The notes beneath the pieces were generated by a model. That model was not told the origin of the DNA, searched no databases, and saw only the letters and a program-made list of their open reading frames with translations. A DNA stretch of 18,764 bases, from assembly GCA_034661055.1 (NCBI GenBank), contig JAYEKO010000032.1, forward strand, positions 1-18,764, written 5' to 3'. The position numbers and the translations under genes were made by a program. Of the stretch, positions 1-6,946 are shown one piece after another. The number at the start of each line of letters is the position of its first letter. Position 1 is the first letter of the stretch. This DNA comes from Campylobacterota bacterium (GTDB lineage: Bacteria; Campylobacterota; Campylobacteria; Campylobacterales; Sulfurimonadaceae).

Positions 1-62
1 GTAAGAGCATGAATGCATAATGGTAGGGTTAGAAGTGCTATTAGTGAGAGTTTTATTTTCAT
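1..62 (-). CDS. 5' end of a probable exported protein, runs off the left edge
   Basis: Manual translation from ATG at 62-60 gives MKIKLSLIALLTLPLCIHAL..., with a basic N-terminus, hydrophobic core and I-H-A cleavage-like site. An AAGG Shine-Dalgarno-like sequence lies just upstream. Not in the ORF track because it is truncated. Confidence 0.7.
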   Translation of the reverse strand, partial: MKIKLSLIALLTLPLCIHAL

Positions 63-172
63 AGAGTACCTTTTTGTAAGATAATAATTAAAGCATTGTA
101 ATGATTTTTGATAAACCAATATAACATAATGCCCATTTGTAATTCTACAGAAGAGTATTTGTAGCATTTGAG

Positions 173-209
173 TGTATTTACATGTAGTTTACATTTGCTA
201 CGCTACAAT
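173..209 (+). promoter_or_regulatory. Candidate dsbD promoter region: TACAAT -10 box with upstream TTTACAT direct repeats
   Basis: TACAAT at 204-209, about 30 nt upstream of the GTG start. TTTACAT at 177-183 and 188-194 (11-bp period). Confidence 0.4.
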
Positions 210-240
210 TGACAATAATAAAACAGTGACAGGATAGAGA

Positions 241-2010
241 GTGAAAAGACTATTACTAATTTTTATAATGATACTGCCTGCATTTGCGGCAATGCCAAGT
301 TTTTTAATGCCAGATGAAGCATTCCAGCCAAAGATTACTAAAAAAAGTGAATCGGTTCATATTGTAACGGTTGGCTTAGGTAAAGAGATTTATCTCTATG
401 AAGATAAGACAAAGATTATTGACTTAAATAAAAATGACGGTATTGATTTACATGTAAAACCCTTAACTAAGTCTATTATGCACCATGATGAGATGGCTTA
501 TTTAGAGCCGCCATCATTTGAAGTAACCCTAGTTAATAGTGGAGCAAAAGGTCAAGTCAATGAAGTTAAAATAGGGCTTGAGTATCAGGGGTGTTCTGAA
601 AAAGGACTATGTTATAACCCTATGGAAAAAGAGTTTGTTGTATCTGCTGATGAGTTAACGCTAAAGGCTATTGAGTCACAAGAGGCAGCACCAGTTCAAG
701 GAGCAATTTCACAGACCGATGAGATTGCGCAGACTTTAAAAAGTGGAAATATTTTAGTGGTACTTGCCATGTTTTTTGGATTTGGTCTCTTTTTAGCCAT
801 GACACCATGTGTCTTTCCTATGGTTCCTATTCTTTCATCTATTATTGTTTCTCAGGGTGAGGGGATGACGGCAAAGAGAGGTTTTTTCCTCTCGTTAATC
901 TACGTTCTTGCTATGTCTGTTGCATATACCCTAGCAGGTGTTTTAGCAGGACTCTTTGGTGCTAATATTCAGGCTGCACTGCAAGACCCATTTGTGTTGA
1001 CCGCTTTTGCGCTTATTTTTGTTGCTTTGGCTTTTTCAATGTTCGGATTTTTTGAAATTGGAATTCCGCATAAATGGCAGACTAAACTCTCGAAACAATC
1101 AGACAAGGCAAGCAGTAACGGTGGTGTAATTGGTGTCGCAATTATGGGCTTTTTAAGTGCTTTAATTGTGGGGCCGTGTATTGCACCGCCTCTTGCAGGA
1201 GCTCTTATTTACATTGGTCAAAGCGGTGATGCGCTTCTTGGAGGGGCGGCACTGTTTGTAATGAGTCTTGGAATGGGTGTTCCACTGCTTATTATTGGGC
1301 TGGGAGCTGGTAAGTTTATGCCACGACCTGGTGGCTGGATGAATAACGTCTCTAAGACCTTTGGTGTCATGATGCTTGGTATTGCTATCTGGATGCTTAG
1401 TCGTGTGCTTCCTGAATGGACTACAATGCTGTTATGGGCATTTTTGTTTATTGTCTCATCAGTCTATATGGGTGCTTTAGAGAAGCTACGAGGAGACCAG
1501 CACGGTGTTAATGCTCTTGTTAAAGGCTTTGGTGTTATCTTTTTAATTTATGGTACCTTTTTGTTTTATGGTGCGTTTTTAGGGGCTACTAACCCACTAA
1601 ATCCATTTGAAAAAGCCAATTTACATGTAAATTCAAATACTTTTAGTACTACTGCATCAAGCTCTTTTATTACAATTCACTCTATTGCTGAGCTTGATGT
1701 ACAACTTTCTAAGGCTCAGGGTAAGCGTGTTTTAGTTGATTTTACCGCACGGTGGTGTACCTCGTGCAAAGAGTTAGAACATGTCACCTTTAAAGATGAT
1801 GCAGTTATAGCTAAGATGCGTGAGTTTGTTCTTATAAAGGCTGATGTTACTAAAAACAGTGAGCAAGAGAAAGCTTTAATGAAAAAGTTTGGAATTTTTG
1901 GTCCTCCAGCAATTCTTTTCTTTGATGAAAATGGACAGAAAATTGCTGGTAAAGATATTGTTGGGTACAAATCTCCAGAAGCGTTTCTAGAACTTTTAAA
2001 TGGACTCTAA
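241..2010 (+). CDS. dsbD: Thiol:disulfide interchange protein DsbD
   Basis: GTG start after AGGA. Signal peptide, N-domain YQGCSEKGLCY, multi-TM domain with TPCVFPM and GPCIAPPL, and C-terminal thioredoxin domain DFTARWCTSC...GPP. Confidence 0.96.
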   Translation: MKRLLLIFIMILPAFAAMPSFLMPDEAFQPKITKKSESVHIVTVGLGKEIYLYEDKTKIIDLNKNDGIDLHVKPLTKSIMHHDEMAYLEPPSFEVTLVNSGAKGQVNEVKIGLEYQGCSEKGLCYNPMEKEFVVSADELTLKAIESQEAAPVQGAISQTDEIAQTLKSGNILVVLAMFFGFGLFLAMTPCVFPMVPILSSIIVSQGEGMTAKRGFFLSLIYVLAMSVAYTLAGVLAGLFGANIQAALQDPFVLTAFALIFVALAFSMFGFFEIGIPHKWQTKLSKQSDKASSNGGVIGVAIMGFLSALIVGPCIAPPLAGALIYIGQSGDALLGGAALFVMSLGMGVPLLIIGLGAGKFMPRPGGWMNNVSKTFGVMMLGIAIWMLSRVLPEWTTMLLWAFLFIVSSVYMGALEKLRGDQHGVNALVKGFGVIFLIYGTFLFYGAFLGATNPLNPFEKANLHVNSNTFSTTASSSFITIHSIAELDVQLSKAQGKRVLVDFTARWCTSCKELEHVTFKDDAVIAKMREFVLIKADVTKNSEQEKALMKKFGIFGPPAILFFDENGQKIAGKDIVGYKSPEAFLELLNGL

Positions 2011-2023
2011 GGCTTAAAACTGA

Positions 2024-3067
2024 TTAGCTCTGAATAAGCTTAGCAACAGTTTCAGAGCTTCCGTGGCCTAAATAGCCTCTTAACTCTTTGGCACTGTTTA
2101 AAAATTTCTCTCTATCCATCTGATTATATGCTCTGTAGATATTTTCTACAGTGACCTCTTCTTGTAAAAACTCTTCATGTAGTTGTTTATTGCACATTTT
2201 TGAAAACATGATGTTTCCAAGTCCGACATAATCAAGTTTTACAATACGACTTCCAATAGCATAGTCTATTGGTTTTGCCTTATATGATAGTACAAAAGGA
2301 GTTCCAATTAGTGCTGCTTCAAGGGTTGCCGTACCGCTACAGATAAACGCAAATTCAGCATCGTAGAGTGATTGATGGGCATCATTGGTTATGGTGAACT
2401 TGGTGGTGTCACCGTAAAGCTCATGAACCTGTTGGGTTGTGAAGTGCGGTGGAATGATGAGAAGTAACTCTTTGTCTGGTAGCTGTTTTATGAGTTCATG
2501 AAAGATAGGCATCAGTCGTGTTACTTCACCCTTACGGCTTCCTGGCATAAAAGCAATTTTATTACTTGTTGAGAGAGACTCTTTAAATACATGTATTTCA
2601 TCTAAAAGAGGATGACCGACATATTGTATGTGAGAATCTTGTGGGTAATAGCTTTTCTCAAACGGTAAAATAGAAGCAATAACATCAATGGTTTTATTGA
2701 TAACGGCGATACGTTTGCGTTTCCATACCCAGGCTTGAGGAAGAATATAGTAGATAATCTCTTTATTGGGATACTTTTTTTTCAGTTTTTTTGCTAGTGG
2801 TAGATTAAAACCAGAAGAGTCAATGAGTAAGACTTTATCGGCCTCTTTTGCTAGGATTAGCATCTGTGAAGCGAGCTTAAAAAAGAAAGGGAGCTTTTTT
2901 ACAGCATCTACAATTCCCATGATGGCAAGAGAACTTAAGTCAATCATTGGATTTCCTAGCTTTTTATCAAAGATGCCGATGAACTCTACATCTTCAGGCA
3001 GCTCTTTTTGTAGCGCTTCTAAATGGACGTTTGCTGAGTGCTCTAAGGCACTGACTAAAAGCTTCAT
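2024..3067 (-). CDS. lpxB: Lipid-A-disaccharide synthase
   Basis: Motifs SALEHSAN, IDSSGFN, YYILPQAWVW, ILPFE, YVGHPL, MPGSRKGE and SGTATLEAAL. Start moved to the ATG at 3067 (MKLLVSA), which overlaps the upstream gene's stop as ATGA. Confidence 0.96.
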   Translation of the reverse strand: MKLLVSALEHSANVHLEALQKELPEDVEFIGIFDKKLGNPMIDLSSLAIMGIVDAVKKLPFFFKLASQMLILAKEADKVLLIDSSGFNLPLAKKLKKKYPNKEIIYYILPQAWVWKRKRIAVINKTIDVIASILPFEKSYYPQDSHIQYVGHPLLDEIHVFKESLSTSNKIAFMPGSRKGEVTRLMPIFHELIKQLPDKELLLIIPPHFTTQQVHELYGDTTKFTITNDAHQSLYDAEFAFICSGTATLEAALIGTPFVLSYKAKPIDYAIGSRIVKLDYVGLGNIMFSKMCNKQLHEEFLQEEVTVENIYRAYNQMDREKFLNSAKELRGYLGHGSSETVAKLIQS

Positions 3068-3426
3068 GATCCGCCATCCCCCCACACTTCAAATGAGCTG
3101 TCATAATGCTCTTCTTGTGTGTCTATATGCTCATTTAAGAAGGTGGTAAGAACATCAATCTCTTTATCGCTTAATCCTAGAGCAAAGGGTATCATCATCT
3201 CCTGTTGTTGATTATCTGAAATGTGGTCTCGAAAACGCTTGAGCTTATAGATTAAGAAGCCTTTGGCACGGTTAGCTAAAGCGGGGTAGGTTGTCATACC
3301 CTCTGCTTTAATTCCATGACAGCCATTACAGCCCTTTTCAAAATAGAGTGCTTTACCCTGTTGATATTGCTCAGATGAGGCGTAAAGTGTCAAAAAAAAC
3401 AAAAAAAATAATGTAATAAATCTCAA
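3064..3426 (-). CDS. Periplasmic monoheme class I cytochrome c (c553/c4-like)
   Basis: TTG start with AAGGA upstream. Signal peptide, CNGCH heme-binding motif, YPALA, and a distal Met candidate in QEMM. Confidence 0.88.
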   Translation of the reverse strand: MRFITLFFLFFLTLYASSEQYQQGKALYFEKGCNGCHGIKAEGMTTYPALANRAKGFLIYKLKRFRDHISDNQQQEMMIPFALGLSDKEIDVLTTFLNEHIDTQEEHYDSSFEVWGDGGS

Positions 3427-3443
3427 TCTAATCCTTGATGGTG

Positions 3444-3468
3444 TAAAATCGTTCTTAAAATTATATCA
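3444..3468. promoter_or_regulatory. Overlapping divergent sigma70-type -10 elements
   Basis: Minus strand TGATATAAT (3468-3460, extended -10) points to the cytochrome c-lpxB pair. Plus strand TAAAAT (3444-3449) points to the dihydroorotase-like gene. Confidence 0.5.
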
Positions 3469-3477
3469 AAAGTAGAG

Positions 3478-4698
3478 ATGATGATTATTGCAGATGTGAT
3501 GTTGTGTGATATTAATGGCCAAAGAGCGTGTGATATTAGGGTAGAAGAGGGTAAGATTATGGAAGTTGCCTCAAAAATTGAGGGCGAGAATCGTCACTCT
3601 TATAAAGACTGTTATCTTCTTCCTGGTCTTGTCGATACAAATGTTAGACTTCAAGATACTAATTTAAACAGTAAAAATTTGGATAAACTTGCACTCAATG
3701 CTCTAAAAGGTGGGATCTCTACTACCGTTTTAATGCCGGATTCTACCCCTGCAGTAGATAATGAGATTGTTTTAGAGTTCATACAAAAACATCGTAAGCA
3801 GAAACTCGGTGCCAATATTGAGACTGCTGTCGCTGCTACAAAAGAGGATGAGACATTAAGTAACATTGCTATTATGCTTAAACGTGGTGCACTTGCTCCT
3901 TATATGACAACAGCTGTGAGCAATAATATAGCGTGTCGTATTGCAGAGTATGTCAAGATGTATGGTGCAACACTGTTTTGTAAAGCACAAGATAGTTCGC
4001 TCTCATCTGTTGGAGTGATGGTAGAGGGGAAGATGGCAACTAAACTGGGCCTTGTTGGCATTCCACCATTAGGTGAGAGTGTCCATGTGGCACGTATGAT
4101 TGAGATTGCACGACATTACAATATTTCAATTGTATTTAAATCTATTGCATCACCGCGTTCTATTGAGATGATTAGCAAGGCAAAAGAGGAAGGTGTAGCT
4201 GTTTCATGTGAAGTTGGTCTTCATCATCTTCTTTTAAGTGATGCCTCGTGTGAGGGGTTTAATACAACGGCTAAACTCAATCCTCCACTACAGCAGCACG
4301 AAGATATGCTACGACTTCAAGAAGCTTTAAAAAATGGTCATATTGATATGTTGAGTGTGTTGCATCAGCCATCATCACCAGTAAATAAAGATGTCGCTTT
4401 TTTTGATGCAGAATATGGTTCAGAAGCCATTGAGGAAGCTCTACCTCTCTACTATACAAAACTTGTTAAAAGTGGTATGATAACACTACAAAATGTTGTT
4501 AGTTTGTGTAGCGTTAATCCCGCTCTTAGTATTGGCAAAGAGAAGGGCGAGATTAAAGTAGGTGAAAATATTAATGCGGTACTGTTTGATCCTAATGATG
4601 AATTACATGTAAATAATAGACTCTCACTGTATGATGGAGAGACTCTTACAGGAAGAGTTAAAATAGTTTTTAAAAACAGTAAGGTTATTGAACTTTGA
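3478..4698 (+). CDS. Dihydroorotase-like protein, probably non-catalytic (PyrC'-type)
   Basis: Amidohydrolase/PyrC layout (LLPGLVD, GGISTTVLMPD, CEVGLHHL, KLNPPL, NPA). The metal-binding DxHxH reads DTNVR and the usual DHAP reads LHQP. Confidence 0.85.
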   Translation: MMIIADVMLCDINGQRACDIRVEEGKIMEVASKIEGENRHSYKDCYLLPGLVDTNVRLQDTNLNSKNLDKLALNALKGGISTTVLMPDSTPAVDNEIVLEFIQKHRKQKLGANIETAVAATKEDETLSNIAIMLKRGALAPYMTTAVSNNIACRIAEYVKMYGATLFCKAQDSSLSSVGVMVEGKMATKLGLVGIPPLGESVHVARMIEIARHYNISIVFKSIASPRSIEMISKAKEEGVAVSCEVGLHHLLLSDASCEGFNTTAKLNPPLQQHEDMLRLQEALKNGHIDMLSVLHQPSSPVNKDVAFFDAEYGSEAIEEALPLYYTKLVKSGMITLQNVVSLCSVNPALSIGKEKGEIKVGENINAVLFDPNDELHVNNRLSLYDGETLTGRVKIVFKNSKVIEL

Positions 4699-4712
4699 TT
4701 AGAGGTTGTTGA

Positions 4713-6920
4713 TTGAGACATTTTTATTACAATAGAGCCTATTTAACGGTGTTCTTTCTTTTTATATTACTACCGGTATTTTTATATTTTGTGCTTGAGA
4801 TGAAACGTGAGTATATTCATCATCAAGTGCGTGTTGATACTAACATGATTAAGACACAAGTCAAAGAGATGATAGCCTTAAAAAAGCAGTCTACACTTAA
4901 CCTCTCTATGCTTCTTGCTAATAATCTGTCAGTAGCTATGAATATTGAAAATGAAAATTATGCAGTTTTAGAGCGTGCAAAGAACTCATTAATGAGTAAC
5001 TCTATGAATTATCAAAATATCTGGATTCAATATTTTGATGTTAAAGGTGTCTCTTTGTTTCGTTCATGGACTACAGATGCACATGTCCCTTTTTCACCTA
5101 AGCGTACTGATATTACAGAACTTATAAATCAGAGTGATCCGAAGTCACGAGCCTCTATTGATGTGGGAGTTTATGACTTAACTTTTAGAGGTGCATCACC
5201 TCTATACTCAGTAGATGGAAACTTATTGGGTTATATTGAAGTGATGACCCACTTTAACTCTATTGCAGTTGAGTTGGAGTCACAAGGTATTGAGTCAGCA
5301 GTATTAGTTGAAGAGCGATATAAGTCTGAACTTCTCAAGCCATCTAACAATGAGTTTATTGGTAATTACTATGTTGCAAACCTTGGTATTAAAGAGCATA
5401 TTAAGGATATTATTGGCGCCATTGGAGTTGAAGAGTTCCAGACAATAAAAGCATATAAAACAGTTGGTCACTATTATGTTGTTGATATTCCTATTTATAA
5501 TCGTGCTCATGAAAGAGTAGCCGTATATTATGCCTTTATAGACAATAAGCATTTTATAGAAGTGCTTGCTTTAGAGAAGAGAGCTTATTATCTGCTCTTC
5601 TCATTTATTGCAGGATATCTTCTGCTTTTTACACTTCTGTTTAGGATGAGTCAAAAATTCTCCCAACAAAGTACTTTAAGTAAACATAGAATGCTTAGTC
5701 TTAAAGAGAGTGAGCAAGATAGTAAAACAGACAAGAGAGAATCTGTTTACATTGATTCATTAACTGGTGCATTTAAACGGTCTAAACTTGATATAGATAT
5801 TAAAAGTTTGAATGGATTTACCATTATTGTGTTTAACATTGATAATTTCAGTTATATTAATAGTTACTATGGCTTTAGAATTGGTGATGAGGTCTTAAAA
5901 AAAGTTGTACAACGGTTAAGACAGATAAGCTCTAATAGAATTTATCGTATTAATGGCGATGAGTTCGCCATATTTGAAAAAAATTATGCAGAACTAATTG
6001 AGGTGATTAAAAGCACATTTATTCAAGAGCCATTAGAGGTGGATACACTTCAATTTCGTCTTCGTTTCTCTTTTGGAATTCATTTTAGCAGTACAGGTGA
6101 AGGTGGCATAAGAGAAGCATCTACTGCACTTAGAAAGGCAAAAAAAGAGGGTAAGAACCGTTATATGCTTTATAAAGAAGAGAATTTGCAAAAGCGTCGT
6201 CAGTTTGTACAGTTTAACAACATCTTATTTAGTGCGCTGGAAAATAACCAGATAGTGCCATTTTTTCAAGGAATTCGTAATAATAAGAGCGGAGCAATTC
6301 AGAAATATGAAGCGTTAGTTCGTATTGTAAATGGGGATGAAGTTTATAGCCCTTCAGAGTTTTCTGATGTAGCCAAGGTGGGTGCTTTTTTAACTGATAT
6401 TACTAAGGTTATTATTGAGAAATCACTGCTCTTTTTAAGAGATAACAGTTTCGAACTATCTATTAACATTACAGAAGATGATCTGCAAAGTAACTATTTA
6501 ATTGACTACCTGCAGATGCACTGTAAAGCAAACAATATTGACTCTTCTCGTATTACCTTGGAGATTGTAGAGGAGATCTCTACAGCACAGACACAAGCTC
6601 ATCTTCAACAGCTATATGCATTAAAAGCGAGTGGCTTTAAGATTGCACTTGATGATTTTGGTGTTGAATACTCAAACTTTGAGCGTATTACTCAACTCGA
6701 TATTGATTATCTAAAAATTGATGGTAAATATATTAAAGATATAGATACCAATAAGAAACACTATAATATAGTTGCTTCAATTGTCTATTTTGCAAAGAGC
6801 ATTGGATTGGAAGTTATAGTAGAGTATGTTGAGTCTCAATCAATTCAAGATAAAATAGATTTTCTTGGTATAGAGTATTCACAAGGGTATCTATTTAGTA
6901 AACCTCAGCCACATATTTAG
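4713..6920 (+). CDS. Membrane-anchored periplasmic sensor (Cache-like)-GGDEF-EAL protein, likely c-di-GMP phosphodiesterase
   Basis: TTG start after GAGG. Two hydrophobic segments flank a periplasmic region. GGDEF domain has NGDEF. EAL domain has YEALVR, SIN, LEIVE, DDFG, LKID, VEYVE and QGY. Confidence 0.9.
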   Translation: MRHFYYNRAYLTVFFLFILLPVFLYFVLEMKREYIHHQVRVDTNMIKTQVKEMIALKKQSTLNLSMLLANNLSVAMNIENENYAVLERAKNSLMSNSMNYQNIWIQYFDVKGVSLFRSWTTDAHVPFSPKRTDITELINQSDPKSRASIDVGVYDLTFRGASPLYSVDGNLLGYIEVMTHFNSIAVELESQGIESAVLVEERYKSELLKPSNNEFIGNYYVANLGIKEHIKDIIGAIGVEEFQTIKAYKTVGHYYVVDIPIYNRAHERVAVYYAFIDNKHFIEVLALEKRAYYLLFSFIAGYLLLFTLLFRMSQKFSQQSTLSKHRMLSLKESEQDSKTDKRESVYIDSLTGAFKRSKLDIDIKSLNGFTIIVFNIDNFSYINSYYGFRIGDEVLKKVVQRLRQISSNRIYRINGDEFAIFEKNYAELIEVIKSTFIQEPLEVDTLQFRLRFSFGIHFSSTGEGGIREASTALRKAKKEGKNRYMLYKEENLQKRRQFVQFNNILFSALENNQIVPFFQGIRNNKSGAIQKYEALVRIVNGDEVYSPSEFSDVAKVGAFLTDITKVIIEKSLLFLRDNSFELSINITEDDLQSNYLIDYLQMHCKANNIDSSRITLEIVEEISTAQTQAHLQQLYALKASGFKIALDDFGVEYSNFERITQLDIDYLKIDGKYIKDIDTNKKHYNIVASIVYFAKSIGLEVIVEYVESQSIQDKIDFLGIEYSQGYLFSKPQPHI

Positions 6921-6939
6921 GAAGTCCTAAGACTTCCTA
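6918..6939. terminator. Hairpin between convergent genes, possible bidirectional terminator
   Basis: TAGGAAGTC-CTAA-GACTTCCTA is a perfect 9-bp stem with a 4-nt loop between the EAL gene stop and the htpG stop. There is no strong U-tract on either side. Confidence 0.6.
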
Positions 6940-6946
6940 TAAGCAT

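Noticed and set aside
3068..3085. N-terminal extension MGGWRI on lpxB in the ORF track
   Set aside because: It lies inside the cytochrome c gene. Family similarity begins at MKLLVSA, whose ATG forms a typical ATGA overlap.
3392..3408. Two A8 tracts in the cytochrome c signal-peptide region as a phase-variation switch
   Set aside because: They are explained by Phe/Leu codons in an AT-rich genome and the frame is intact. Campylobacterota contingency tracts are usually poly-G/C.
5953..5971. Inverted repeat ATGGCGA-TGAGT-TCGCCAT in the GGDEF domain
   Set aside because: It coincides with the NGDEFA codons, with no sign of an insertion, so it is likely chance.
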